From NCBI RefSeq assembly GCF_001194135.2, contig NC_068996.1:29964161-30023866 (forward strand): a stretch of DNA of 59,706 nucleotides. The letters are read 5' to 3'. Origin of the DNA: Octopus bimaculoides. Lineage: Eukaryota. The notes beneath the pieces were generated by a model. That model was not told where the DNA came from, ran no database searches, and worked only from the letters and a program-made list of their open reading frames with translations. The position numbers were made by a program, and so were the translations under genes. Below are positions 46,450 to 59,706 of this stretch, piece after piece (the stretch's first letter is position 1; every line of letters starts with the position of its first letter).

Positions 46450-49330
46450 GAGAGAGAGATAATGAAAGGGAGAGGAACAGTTCTGCATTATTTTTTGAAA
46501 TCAGTCTTGATAAGCAATCAGCATGGCCTAATTTTTTGGATGGTATATACACCATCTTGAAATCAGAGTTAAATAATATTGTATCCCAGTGTTACAACCT
46601 ATTTGCAGTATGGACAGGAATTCCTTTTTTCAACCCAAGTATTGAGAATAATGGACAATGATCAGTCTATAGATGAAAACTTCTACCATGCAAAAATCTG
46701 TGAAATTTTTTCATGGCAAGAATAATCACTAGAGCTTCTTTTCAATTTGACTATAATTTTTGCTGTTGACATCAGAGGACATAAGGCATGAACCACCGCC
46801 TTCATGTTACCATCTTTATATTACATTACTGCTCCTATACCATATTCAGAAGTGTCTGAAGCTACAACAATCTCTGCTGCGGGATCAAAGTGTGCTAACA
46901 ACAAATCAGATGTTAATATTTTTTTAATTTTGTCAAATGCCTTTTGACAATTTTCTCACCAATTCCATTTCATGTCTTTTTTCAGCAGATTATTCAGTGG
47001 CACCCTCACCTTACACATATTTGGAATATAATTTTGGAATAATTTGCCAGTTCTAAAAATGCTTGTAAGCTCACTATGTTTGTCGGAGGGGGCATATTTT
47101 TATAGCATTTGCCTTTGGTGGGTCTGGTCAATGTCCATTTCTATCAAGGATTTGTCCTAAATATCTTATTTTCAGTAAGAAAAATTCGCACTTTTCTTCA
47201 CTCAAAGTAAAGCCGTAATCCCTAATTTTTTTAATACATATTTTACCTGCTCTATGTGTTGATCCCTGGATTCACTTTCCATGAGTATATCATCCAGATA
47301 TGGAATTGCGAATTCACAGTCAGCTAACATTGCATCCATAATCTGTTGAAAAATTGCTCGTGCGACTTTTAAGCCAAATGGTAAACTGTTGTATTTATGC
47401 AGTCCTTATGTGTATTAATTATTATGCATTTAGAACGTTCATTGTCCACTCTAATTTGTAAGTATGTGTTAGAGAGATCCAATTTAGAAAATAGCTTGCC
47501 ACTGTTTAATTTTGCAAAAATATCCTCCAGAGTAGGTAGTGGATAGTGGCATGTTTTAAGACATTTGTTTAAACCAGTGGAAAAAAATAAAACACACACT
47601 ATTATTTTATTATTCTTTTTCTTAATGCATTTAGTTGGTGATGTCCATACAGAATATTCCACTTTTTAGATAACTCCAATTTTTTCTAGTTTCTCTAACT
47701 CTAAGTTTATCTGTTCTAACACTGCAAATGGTACAGTTTGTTTTTGTTTAAATGTCAGTATGGTGTTTGCTTTTATTTGAAACCACACCTTCGTTTTGGT
47801 ACACAAAAGTTGTTTTTCAATTCGTCTGATGACTTATTTGTACTGAAGGAAAAATCATTTACATTTTTGCAGAAAAAATTTATGGGGAGGTTCCATAAGT
47901 TAAATAATTCCATCTAGTCAGTACAACACAAGAACTTTGGCTTTTAAGGTTTTTTCACCCTTAAAATATCATTTTTTTTCTTGAAACATCATGGGCAATT
48001 TTTGAAGTTTCATTTAATTTAGGTCTCCTGATTTTTCCCATGTATCTGTGTTTATTATTGAGATGTCACTGCTTGTATCCAGTTGTAACTTTATGTTTGT
48101 GTTATTAATTTTTACATACACACATTTTCTTTGAGGCGCATTTGCTGAACTGCAAAGTGACAGGGATGTAAACACACCAACATCAGTTGTCAAGCAATGG
48201 TGATGGGGACAAACACAGACACACAAACATACAGACATACACATGCACACACACACACACACACATACACACACACGACAGGCTTCTTTCAGTTTCCTTC
48301 TACCAAATCCACTCACAAGGCTTTGGTCAGCCCAAGGCTATAGTTGAAGATACCTACCCAAAGTGCCACACAGTGGGACTGAACCTGGTACCATGTGGTT
48401 GGTAAGCAAGCTACTTACCACACAGCCACTCCTGCAACTTTTTATGGCCTATTTTACCACACTTGAAGCATTTTATATTTTTAAATGGACAGTTATTTTT
48501 AAAATGTAGACCATCACACCCATAACATGGATTCGGTCTTGATATTTTTATGTTATCCAATACCGATTGACACACTTGAACATGAGAGCAATTTTTCTCT
48601 TCAGTTTTATTTGCATCATGTCGTAGATTTATAATCTTCTGACATTCTTCTGCTACTACTTATAATGTTAAATTTAGGTCCTGTTCTAATTTTGTTAATA
48701 TCCAAGATCATATACTTGCATCTTTGTTTGCAGTAAGCCCTTGAACAAAAATTAAACACTTCAACATGTATGCGGTCAACTCATTCAATTTGAATTTCTC
48801 ACACTTTCTGTTAACCACTCTGGCATAGGTGATGAATTCTTCATCATCTTTTTTGATCAAATTTAAAAAATTCCCAGTGAGCATTGAACAGGGAACTTCT
48901 TTCACTGAAAATTTTCTCACCTGGCTTCTTCAGCAGAATATAGTTACTATAATTTTCATGTTTGGCAGGGGATAACTTTCTTAATAGTAGTCATGCTTTT
49001 TTCTTGTCAGTCCAACTTTTACACTCTTCTTTGAAGATTTCTTCATATCTACGAAGTTGAAGTATTTTCAGACTCCTTCAACATTGATTCCAGCAACTGT
49101 TAGTTTTGTTGTTGCTGTTGTAGTTGCTGATACTGCAGTAATTGTTGTTGTAACTGTTGTTGCTGCTGCTGTAGTTGCTGTTATTCTTGCTGCTGTTGCT
49201 GTTGCAACTGCACCACAGAGGCATATAAGTTTTCCAAGTTAAATGATTTTTCTTTTGGCTTTGTAGCAAAAAAAAAAAAAAAATTTTAAACATCCAATGC
49301 AAGCTTCAAACAACTTGTTGCCACTTTTAT
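46450..49330 (-). mobile_element. Decayed Ty3/Gypsy (K02A2.6-like) gag-pol
   Basis: Gag (ORF 48708-48920); protease KLQLDTSSDISII; RT YPLPTLEDIFAKLNSGKLFSKLDLSNTYLQI; RNase H end YIPSKKLGHADCLSRL. Confidence 0.9.
48130..48435 (-). repeat. tRNA-derived SINE nested in the Gypsy protease region
   Basis: Match to 43440-43772; interrupts the protease reading frame. Confidence 0.85.
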
Positions 49331-49664
49331 GTCCTTGTATTGGATATATAATTTAACAAAGCAGGGGGTAAGTAAGTATTTACATGACACACTACTATTA
49401 TTATTATACAAGACTCAACACTCTATATCATCAGCTCACAATGAACTGCTTACCAATCTGAACTGCCAATCTCTCACTGTTCTTTAATTTATAACAGTGA
49501 ATCAGTCCACCTTTAGTCACTTGTGGGGTGGGGTGGAGGGTGATCAGAATCTTTCCACAACAGGAGTGTAACAATAATCCAATATGAAACAGTTAGCAGA
49601 GGTCTACAATACATCTCATCCAATTTACAGGTGCAAGCATGTTTATATGGTTGAAAAGTTTACT

Positions 49665-49830
49665 TTCTAACCATGTGGTTTCAGGTTTAGATCCATTACA
49701 TGGTATCTTGGGCTAGTGTCTTCTGCTATAGCCCCAGGTTGACCAAAGCCTTGTGAATGGATTTGGCAAACAGAAACTGAAAAAAGCTCATCACATGCAT
49801 GTGTGTGTGTGTGTTTGTGCAAACATATGT
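49665..49830 (+). repeat. tRNA-derived SINE fragment
   Basis: accatgtggtttcaggtttagatcc...gccttgtgaatggatttggcaaacagaaactg. Confidence 0.75.
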
Positions 49831-51159
49831 ATTCATACTTGTGCATGCATGTATGTGAGCTTTTTAATATCTGCACTTCTCTCAAAATTGGTGAGCTAGA
49901 TGTGATAACATTGTTGGTATTTCCCTTGTCAATCATCTGTTGACTTTGTGCCTTCAAAGATGTGTAAAATGAGAAATCAATAACCTAGAAGCTCATTAAA
50001 GTTTGAAACAGGAAGGGCATCCAGCTGTAAAACAATGCCCCAATAAAATCTTTTTTCTAACCCATGCTAACATGGAAAAACAGATCTAAAAACAAATGAA
50101 CAAATATAGTATTCTAAGACAGGGACGCACAAATCACCAACCCAAGGTACTATGTGAGGGATGCTTTTACTGGAGATGTAACTAAATTCACATGATAATT
50201 GTTGAACAAAGGGATTAGTTACTACAGAAATACCCACACTGTAACCAGGAAGATTATCTTTGTGAAGGAGGGAAGACTCAATAATTTGCTTTTCACAATA
50301 CATGACAGGGTGATGAAAGCTGACTTAGATAAGCAGATTAAGTTTCCATCACATATTACCCAGCCTTTGTTGAGATGAAATATTATCTTGGTTTTTCAAA
50401 CAAGAAGGCAACTTTTCAATAAGAGTTAACCATACTCTTGGAGGAAAGGATAGAGGAGGCACAAAAGGGGGAGAAAGTAAATAACAAGAAATTGATGGAA
50501 GACTGTTTGAGAAACATAGTGGACCAAGTATTTGTGGTGAAGGAGGTAGCTGAAATTTGCATTCTCTCAGTAATACCTATGGAGCACAGAGTATTACAGG
50601 AATAAGTAGAAGAGCCACCAGGAACAATGTAGAAGCTACTGAGAAATTATCCAGATGGCTTTAGCTGTCAAAAGATGACAGGTGATTTGTGTCCCAGTAG
50701 AATGCCACTTAGATTAGATTGGGTCACCTAGATGAAAGGTGTATATTGCTTTCTATAACTCATGAGGAAAAAACAAATTTCTGTTTACCATAATGCTTAT
50801 CAAGTGACTTTAATCATGTGTTGTAATATATACAAGCAGGACCCATGGAAAGAGCATGGGTAAATCAACATTTCTGAAAACATTATGTTGATATATTAAA
50901 CTCAGGCAAAGAATTCAAATGAATTCTCTTGAAATCCTACTGTTTAATCAAAACTGTACTTCTAAATATAATCAAAATGAACTTAGAAGGTATTGTTTAT
51001 TTACCTTCTTTTAATATGTTTGACAGATATGATGTGCTTTATAGCTTAAGGAAATAAAAGCTGATTTAAAATGATAAAACATATTCAGATATTTATATAA
51101 AAAAAAGGACTACACTTTTTATTCTACTGTCATGTTTTTCAATGGTAAGTCAAGCAGAC

Positions 51160-51425
51160 AGATTTTACATGTTACATGTGATGTGATCACTTTTACATCT
51201 CAGGACTAACAATATAACTAACCTTGCCTGTGCTGATGCCATGTAAAAAGCACTCAGTCCACTTTGTGGGGTAGTTGGTGTTAAGAAGGGCATCCAGCCA
51301 TAAAAACCTTGCCAAAACAGACACAGTAGCCTAGTGTAGTCTTCTACCTGGCCAGCTCCTGTCAAACTGCCCAACCCATGCCAACATGGAAGGCAGACAT
51401 TAAATGGTGATGATGATGATGATGA
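51160..51425 (+). repeat. RTE-tail repeat ending (GAT)n
   Basis: Same family as 1-327. Confidence 0.75.
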
Positions 51426-51549
51426 TATATTTATAGATAGATAGATAGAGAGAGATTGATTGATCTAGATACACGGGATTAAAGGAACATAACCAATGTT
51501 ATATCCTCTTGCGTCCCCCTTATCAATGAAAAATATTTTCGTTTTTTTT

Positions 51550-52135
51550 TTAATGTTCTAATTGCACATGAAGTCCTTAAGCTTTTCTGGAACCTTCCTT
51601 ATTCTCACAGGGTGGCCAGATGTCACTGGTAGTTGGTCAGTCTTCATCTGTGGTGGTGTGTGCTGGGCATGCTGGACTAGAACTGCTAGAGCACTAATGT
51701 TTGTTGTGGGGTCAGCACCACTGTAGGCTGACACTGGTAGATCATTGTCTCTGGTCTGTTGGACCGGTTAACAGAATGTGACCTGTTTTTGTGGTCTGTA
51801 TATCTCTTGCAGGTGTCATCTGATGAGTCTTTCATCATTGTGCATTCTGACAATGTAACTACGTTTCCCTGCATTTATCTTCAACTGTTGCTGGATGCAT
51901 GTGTTATTTTCTTGAAGGACAGAAAGGTCTTTTGCATTTCTACTGTAGTGCTGTTGTTATTTCCTACTTTTGTTGGAAAATAGTAATCACCCTAGATGCA
52001 TAGCCCAATCAACAGAGGAGAACATATCTACCTGCATTTCAAGTCTTTCAGCAAATGACGAAATATTCAAATTAAATGAAGATTATTATAACTTAGCACT
52101 CGAGAAGGCAGGAACAGGGAAAAATTTAATTTCTG
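51550..52135. mobile_element. Gypsy integrase C-terminal remnant (minus) abutting a Penelope RT fragment (plus)
   Basis: Minus strand TSGHPVRIRKVPEKLKDFMCN* (TRSGR...P..L.DY type); plus strand HPRCIAQSTEENISTCISSLSANDEIF...YYNLALEKAG (PLE RT C-terminal motif). Confidence 0.6.
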
Positions 52136-52169
52136 CAATGGAAACATCATCATTATTATCATCAGAAGC

Positions 52170-52740
52170 AGCAGCATTTAATGTCTGTTTTCCATGCTTG
52201 CATGGGTTAGATGGTTTGACTGGAACTGGTAAACTAGAGAGCTGCACCAGGTCCCTGTCTGATTTTGACATGGTTTCCATGGCTGGATGCTTTTCCTAAT
52301 GCTAACTACTCCAAGAGTATAATGGGTGCTCTTTACACGCAACCAGCACAGGTACCATTTACATGACACTGGCAATGGCCATGACTAAGATTTCACTTGG
52401 CTTCACAAATCTTCTCAAGCACTGCATATCACCAAAGATCTCAGTCACTTGTCATTGCCTACGTTAGGTCTAACATTCGAAGATCATACTTCATCACCTT
52501 GCCCCTCACCTCCGTAGGGCCTAACATTCGAAACCAGCAATGGCCACTACTGTGATTTCATCTGGCTTGATTAGTCCTCTCAAGCACAGCATATTACCAA
52601 AGGTATTAGACACTTGCCATTACCTCCGTGAGAACCAACATTCAAAGATCAAGCTACCAGCAACAGCCATGACTATGAGTTCATTTGGCTTGATGAGTTC
52701 TCTTAAGCACAACATATCACCAAAGGCCTCAGTCACTGAG
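52170..52740 (-). repeat. RTE 3' UTR-derived block with tandem partial duplications
   Basis: Three diverged copies of gatttcacttggctt...tctcaagcac.gcatat.accaaag.tctcagtcact. Confidence 0.7.
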
Positions 52741-54734
52741 AATAAATAAGATAGACAATCTTAACATTAGTTACAGAATACTTGATAACCAGAAAAGCAT
52801 TACAAACTATGAAGTGAGGATGAAGACAAAAACTAAAGGTGGAAAGTTTGAAAACATAGAACATAATGGCAGAGCACGTAACAACAAAAGGAAGTGTAGG
52901 GATGTAAAGGGATTTGTACTCCATACAGAATTAAATAGCCAGAATAGCAATGGAAGCATTAATAAGCTGTACCTTAGTAAGGGAGCAAACTACCATGGAA
53001 ACTCACACACTCACACTGTGCAAGCAACTAATGGATACAATAATAAACAACCTACACACCAGAGTAAGAACCATGAAAATAGAAGTACTATCACTTTAGT
53101 GAGGAATCAAACATGAATCCAGTTTTCTTGCTTGTGTTAAGCTGTATGTATGATGGTGTGACAAATAACATTCAATTAAAGTTTAGATAACAAATTTTTA
53201 TATAACTATGCTTTTACAAAAAGTGCATGTGAAATAGTAAAAGGTGTATAAATGTGGTTATTTCATAACTAGTGAAAATTAGTTGGTCAGTAATTGGTTG
53301 GAGAATAAGCCAATTGGCATTAATGGTTAAAGGTTGATCTTATGTGATTCATGCTGGAACAGAAGTGAGTAAGGAATGTACTGGCTACAAAATGAGGCAA
53401 TTGTAATGGCTAAGAGCAAAGTGAAGCAACTGCTCTGAGAGCCAGGAGTCAAGGGCTCAGTCCAGTGAGAGTTGCACTGAATAATAATATAGAGAGAGGC
53501 TAGATGTCTGTCTGTAGTTTATATATCTTTCGAGCAGAAATGCTATGTCGTAAAGACTGCTGGGAGTACAGTACCATCAAAGTGCCAACTACTGACAACA
53601 GAATGAGGGAACAGAACTCTGCTCTGTTCCTTTTATTATTATTTAGCCATAACACTTGCTACACAACCCTGGAAAACTCTCTAGTGACCAAAGAAAGAGT
53701 AGATGGAACTGCTAGAAAGTGCAGTATCAAAATGAAATCATTAGGTGCATTGAAAATAACTTAGTAAATAGGGAAAATAATTTAGAAAAGTAAAACCAAT
53801 GTCACAAATAATAATAGAATAGATAAACTAGTCTCTGTGATTGCACAAAAAATAAAAAAATGTCCATTAGATTCTAAATGTTAAATCAAAAACGTTATTT
53901 ACAGATGTAAAGTTACCTCAGAGAATAGAGAATACTTTTATATTGGTACAAGCTCACTTTCTGTCAAACAAAGATTTGCTAATCATTTAAATATATTTAA
54001 GGATAGGGGAAAAATAAATAGTACTAGCCTAAGTAAGCTAATTTGGTCACTTAAAGATAATAATGAGATCTTTTCAATTGATTAGGAAATAATTAGTACC
54101 GCTAAGCCTTATAGAATAAGTGGAAAGAGATGTGACTGAAAAGTAGAGGAACACTACCAAATTTTCACTTCAAAATACATATTAGTAAACACAAGACAGG
54201 AATGAGCACTGAGATGTCTTCACACATGCAAATGGACATTTGGACAATTTAAATGAAAACATTACACAATACTAATAAAGAAGCAACTCAAACCCCCCAA
54301 AATGGATGAAAGCTAACTAAATACTTCTATGTAGACAATGTACTCAATACAACAGGTGGCACACAGAACTATTAGAAAATACAAAGAGTACTGTGGAAAC
54401 AAAAACCCCTACCTTGACCTATTTAAGACCATGCTCCACCTACAACTATGGAAGGGTGGATCCTAAGTAAAGTTCCTATTAATAGCAACACCCCTACCTT
54501 CTACTGAAAACTAAACAACAAACTCTTTCTTCATCCAGTTTAATTTGAAGCATACCTAAGGTACAGACCCTGACAAAACTGCACTGAAAATATTGCAAGG
54601 TTGCATTTGCAACAGTGTACAGTTGCTGCAGTGGAAACAAGTCGAGATCATGGTACTATGCTGTAAATAACTGTAAAATAAATTATTGATGTGCAAATCT
54701 CCATTCTCCTGTTTATTAATGTTATCGAGCAAGA

Positions 54735-56642
54735 TGAGCGTGGCCGTTGCCAGTACTGCCTGACTGGCCTTCGTGCGGGTGAAACGTAAAAGCACCCACT
54801 ACACTCGCTGAGTGGTTGGCATTAGGAAGGGCTTCCAGCTGTAGAAACTCTGCCAAATCAGATTGGAGCCTGGTATAGCCATCTGGTTTCACCAGTCCTC
54901 AGTCAAATCGTCCAACCCATGCTAGCATGGAAAGCGGACGTTAAACAACAACGATCCCTTATCTGGTGGTCAATGCAGAAACTAGGGTTAGATGAGTGGT
55001 TAGTGAGAGCTGTACAAGTGATGTACAGGGATGCTGTCAGTAAGGTGAGGTTGGCAACAAGTACAGTGAAGAATTCCAGATAGGGGTAGATGTCCACCAA
55101 GGATCAATCTTCAGACCCCTTTTATGGTCCTTCAGGCAATAACAGAGGAATTCAAGACAAGATGCCCCTGGGAGCTTCTCTATGTTGATGACCTTGCTCT
55201 GATAGCTGAGTCACTATCAGAACTAGAGGAGAAGTCTCAGGTATGGAAGCAAGGTTTAGAATTGAAGGGCTTTAGAGTCAACCTAGCAAAAACCAAAGTC
55301 TTAATAAGTAGGAAGGCAGACAAACCACAAACCCCTTCAGGTAGATGGCCCTGCTCAATCTATAGAAAAGGTATAGGTAGAAACTCCATAAAATGTGCCC
55401 GATGTAAGTTATGGACACATAAGAGGTACAGCAATATCAAAGGAAGGCTAACTGGAAAGATAGTTTTTGTGTGTGGCAAATGCTCAAGAGCAATAAACAC
55501 TGAAAATGTGCAGTAAACAGCTTCTGTCACATTCCAGGAGGAAAAACTACAAGTAGTTGATAGCTTCCATTACCTAGGTAACCAAGTGGATGCTCTGAGA
55601 GTGTAGCTGCTAGAATAAGAATAGCCTGGGTGAAGTTCAGAGAGCTCCTACCTCTACTGGTGAAAAAGGGCCTCTCACTCAGAGTAAAAGGTAGACTGTA
55701 TGATGCATGTGTGTGAACAGCCATGCTACATGGCAGTGGAACATGGACCGTGACTGCTGAGGACATGCATAAGCTTGCAAGGAATGAAGCCAGTATGCTC
55801 CGATGGATGTGTAATGTCAGTGTGCATACACGACAGAGTGCAAGTGCCCTGAGAGAAAAGTTGGACATAAGAAGCATCAGATGTGGTGTGCAAGAGAGAC
55901 GACTGCACTGGTATGATCATGTGTTGCGTATGGATGAGGATAACTGTGTGAAAAAGTGTCACACCCTAGTAGTAGAGGGAACCTGTGGAAGAGGTAGATC
56001 CAGGAAGTCCTGGGATGAGATGGTGAAGCACGACTTTTGAACGTTGGACCTAACTGAAGTGATGACAAGTGATCAAGACCTTTGGAGATATGCTGTACTT
56101 GAGAAGACCTGGCAAGGAAAGTGAGATCGTAACTGTGGCCTATGCTAGTGCAGCATAACCAACCTATTTAAGAGTACCCTTCAATCATTGGGCAATAAAC
56201 TGTGCTTGTGAAGACCTGTCTAGGGAAGTGAAGTCATTGTTGTGGCCAATGACACTACCATCTGATTGGTGCCGGTGGCACGTAAAAAGCACCATTTGAG
56301 TTTGGCCAATGACAGTGTCGCTTGACTGGTCCCGTGCCAGTAGTACATAAAAATCACCATTTGAATGTGCTTGTTACCAGTGCCGCCTGACTGGCTCCTG
56401 TGCTGATGACACACAAAAAACACCATTCAAGTGTGGTCGATGCCAGTACTGCCTGACTGGCCCTCATGCTGATGGTGCATAAAAAGCACCCAGTACACTT
56501 TCAAAGTAGTTGCTGTTAGGAAGTGCATCCAGGCTCAGATTGGAGCCTGGAGCAGCCTTCTGGCTTGCCAGCCCTCAGTCCAACCTATGCCAGCATGGAA
56601 AGTGAACATTAAAGGACAATGATGATGATGATGATGATGATG
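54735..56642 (+). mobile_element. RTE tail repeat (54735-54950) followed by 5'-truncated RTE LINE with 3' UTR subrepeats and (GAT)n
   Basis: ORFs 55124-55516 (PWELLYVDDLALIA) and 55723-56040 (LRWMCNV...RRLHWYDHVLRM...GRGRSRKSWDE). Confidence 0.92.
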
Positions 56643-57509
56643 ATATATCAATATATATATATACATATACATATAAAGATCAAAGAAAGAAAATCGAATT
56701 CACAAAATTCTTTATTCAAAACCACTAGAATTGTTTCAACTCATTCTCAAGGCTGTAGTTCATAGGTGAGATGCTGTGCAATCAATTGTCTTGCATCATG
56801 TAGTAGGTGTCTCTTCAGGTGACTTTTTAAAATAAGTTTTTCACTGTATCCTCTCACCATTTCACTTTGCCTTATAATAATGTATAACTGGGTAAGTGTG
56901 GCACTCTAGCAGTTCTCAGGCAAAACTGAGAGGCAAGATATGCTTACAGTCAAAAAGTAAAAATTAATTGATAAAATGCATAGATAAATAAAAGATATAT
57001 AAATAAAACATACATGAAATTAAAATAAAAATGAAATTAAAAATCAAAATAAATTAAAATCAAGGCATTCATCCATAGAAACCATGCCAAATCACACTGG
57101 AATCTGGTGCAGCCTTCCAGCTTATCAGCCCTGGTCAAACCATCCAACCCATGCCAGTATGGACAACGGATATTAAATGATGAAGATGATGATGAAAGAA
57201 AACATACAGGAAATCAAAATAGAGCTATAAATAGAAATATAAAGAAGTATTAAAGGAGTTTGTTTGGCTATCAAATTTCCATTAGAAGGATTAAGAGAAA
57301 AAGAATTAGATAGATGAGGAAATAAAGTTAGGAAGGAAATAGTAAACAGTTAGAAGCTAGTATAGTGATAAAATGTGACTGGTCATTTAACACACGCCAA
57401 TCACCTCTAAAACCTTCCATTATAGGCCAAATGTACTTTCTTTCAAGTCTACATACCGTCTGCTTACAATAGCTGTGTGTTTCCAATTTAGAGTTGATTT
57501 ATTACCACT

Positions 57510-57553
57510 GTAGCGTATGACTTAAGGGAAATTTCCCTTAAGTTGTACGCTAC
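57510..57553. repeat. 44-bp near-perfect palindrome flanked by ACCACT direct repeats
   Basis: ACCACT-GTAGCGTATGACTTAAGGGAAATTTCCCTTAAGTTGTACGCTAC-ACCACT. Confidence 0.9.
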
Positions 57554-57599
57554 ACCACTATTAATATATTTCATTGAAGCAATCAGAAAGAATGTGCTA

Positions 57600-57740
57600 T
57601 TTTGTTTGTTAAAAGGTTTTTGTGGGGTAAGTTGTTCTACTCTATCTCTGATTTTAAGTTTCATATTCAGGTTTTTTGCCTCTATATAGATTAAAATATA
57701 AGTGGAGGGATTTGTTTCCTTAAATGCTTTGGTTATGTTA
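57600..57740 (-). mobile_element. Penelope RT N-terminal fragment
   Basis: IYIEAKNLNMKLKIRDRVEQLTPQKPF resembles the PLE motif EAK.IA..L.I.DR.E.....AF. Confidence 0.5.
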
Positions 57741-58071
57741 TCGACTTGCAGCTTGTTAAGTGTGTAGTCACCTACCTCATAAACATTATAACTCTGAAAG
57801 ACCATACTAAAAGAATTATATACACACTGCATATAATTCCTCTTATGCCCAACTTCTCTCTCAATACACCAGTGCTCTGTTGCGCATGCACACTGACATT
57901 GCACAGCCCACAGAGCATACCAGCTTTGTTCTTCACCAGCCTTTCCATGTTCTCCACATTCAGGACCCATGTTTCACTACCATGCAGCATCACATCTGTC
58001 CAGCATTTGCCATGATAGATCGCTAGCCACTACACATTCTTTATTTTCTCTGCATGTTTCTTTCTGTGTTC

Positions 58072-58107
58072 CTTTCTGTGGAAGAGCATTGGCTCGAAAC
58101 GTTAAAG
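58072..58107 (+). ncRNA. Minimal type I hammerhead ribozyme motif, best-preserved A6-to-U variant
   Basis: CTTT-CTGTGGA-A-GAGC(attg)GCTC-GAAAC-GTT-AAAG: stems I and II and the ACGT palindrome are intact; lies within the PLE module 58020-58200. Confidence 0.65.
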
Positions 58108-58196
58108 ACTTTTTCAGTTCCCAAGTGTTAAACTAATATATCTGTTTGTTGTCTACACCACCTGTCTTCGTTTTTTGTTTTTTTGTGAATTCTCCC

Positions 58197-58319
<123 letters not shown>

Positions 58320-59189
58320 TTAATGCACAATATATGGATTCAACTAATCCAGTGGTACTTACAAAAATGCCCCTTTAGTGAATCAGGCAACAAATCACAT
58401 GGTAAACCAATACAGAGGGGTATAATGTATAGTCCTATGCAGTTGAAATCCACTAAATCCAATTAGTAATGACTAGTTCACTAGGAATATATGAAATATA
58501 AAGAAAGTCAGGAGGTATGAGATAAATATATATATAATTCACCATTTGATATCCATAAAATTATGATCATCTCATTGCCAGCATCATGGAAAAATAATTT
58601 ACTTAAGTGCATAATCAACTATTTTACATATCTGTATTAGTGTATATGTTATAAATTATATAGTACTATTGTACAATCTACAAGGTAATACAGCAATCTA
58701 GGCTAGCTCTTGAGGTCATAGAATATCATGGTTACATCCATTCTTCAACTCAATATACATATCCAAAAACAAAAGTCATCTTCAAATATTAATGTATGGA
58801 AGACAATAATTAAAATAGTTTTCTATAGAAGCAGTGGATTGTGATAGTGGAAATGAAGAGTGCATATTATATGATGGAGAGCGAGTCAGATAGTTTACCA
58901 TTAATAACCTAGAAGTATTTTTAATAGAGAGAGAAAAGAAATGAAATGAGAGAGGAGTTTGTAGATAGTGTGTTTACAAAATATAGGGATTAATATCAAC
59001 AAAAAGAGAAATAAAATGAAAGTAAAAATTAGGATGAGAGGGAGAAGACAGAGTAAGAGCAAAAGAAGTTAGCATGGCAGTTGGGAAGACATTGAGCCAT
59101 ATAAGGCAAACAAAATATAATGAATATTATCAGATAGAAATAATAATGATATACATTAATTAACACAGTGTTTAGGAATCATCATCATC

Positions 59190-59370
59190 AAAGTTCGAAG
59201 AGTGTTTTTTACATATCACAAGCATTGGTGCCAGGTTTGCGACACTGGCAATACTGCAACTGTGATTTCACTTGGCTTGATGGGTCTTTTCAAGCACAGT
59301 ATATTGCCAAAGGTTTCAGTCACTTATCATTGCCTCCATGAGGTCCAGCATTTGAAGATCATACTTCTAT
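59190..59370 (-). repeat. RTE 3' UTR-derived repeat
   Basis: Match to the 52380-52500 block. Confidence 0.65.
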
Positions 59371-59706
59371 AGGAGAGTTGGTTATACATCATTAGATGTA
59401 TACCTGACTTTCCTATATAAAATTAAGAATATAAACGGAACGCTGAACTCCAGACTATCAACTTAAACTGCATTTATTCAGGTGGTAAATATATACATCT
59501 TTAGCTCTTGTTGTTACAGCTTCTGTGTGTGTGAGTATAGTTGTTGGGACGTGTTGTGTAGATGTGAGCGAGCTGTCGAGTGTAAGTCCGAAAGATGGAG
59601 AGTGACAGCTATACACGTAAAGAGACTATCTCCAGGTTGGAATGTCAGAGACACTGCTTGACACGTCCATGCTCTATTGCTGGCCAGCAAGAAAGAGAAT
59701 GAATTG

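Noticed and set aside
54556-54660. Possible minus-strand exon (YHDLDLFPLQQLYTVANATLQYFQ..., donor TTAG|gtatgc)
   Set aside because: The open frame needs the third of three closely spaced AGs; no recognisable homology and no partner exons.
56230-56500. ~60-bp repeated units resembling a CRISPR array (also 6290-6480 and 1-130)
   Set aside because: Diverged tandem subrepeats of the RTE 3' UTR in a eukaryotic context, with no unique spacers and no cas genes.
59404-59412. 9-nt minus-strand microexon candidate (tatatag|GAAAGTCAG|gtatac)
   Set aside because: Weak donor (+5 not G) and no host gene identified; expected by chance in AT-rich DNA.
59574-59600. CTGTCGA...GAAA resembling the hammerhead variant
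   Set aside because: No stem II pairing and no ACGU/NUH site.

Overview
AT-rich, microsatellite- and transposon-dense eukaryotic draft scaffold with eight N-gaps. The SINE/RTE repertoire resembles, from memory, coleoid cephalopod (Octopus-like) DNA; the taxon is an inference. The only host gene I recognise is RWDD4 on the minus strand: two coding exons (1854-1877 MNYLELQQ; 1540-1620 EELEVLESIYAGDDCFKKISNTTFQYK), continuing beyond the window start. Its probable non-coding or uORF-bearing first exon and promoter (YY1 and ETS motifs) lie at ~35.45-35.51 kb, implying a ~33.5 kb 5'-UTR intron. Almost everything else is decayed mobile DNA: RTE and Tx1-like LINEs, Penelope-like elements (PLEs), two Ty3/Gypsy elements, piggyBac, mariner, Tc1, Tigger, Helitron pieces and tRNA-derived SINEs. 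The most interesting signals are (i) a set of minimal hammerhead-ribozyme modules, including a tRNA-SINE head joined to a hammerhead tail and a recurring CUG-U-N-GA core variant; (ii) a circularly permuted, inverted ~400-nt hammerhead-bearing unit; (iii) a layered uORF/exon-skipping architecture at the RWDD4 start; and (iv) several fold-back structures. Repeat boundaries are approximate unless a TSD or TIR is cited.
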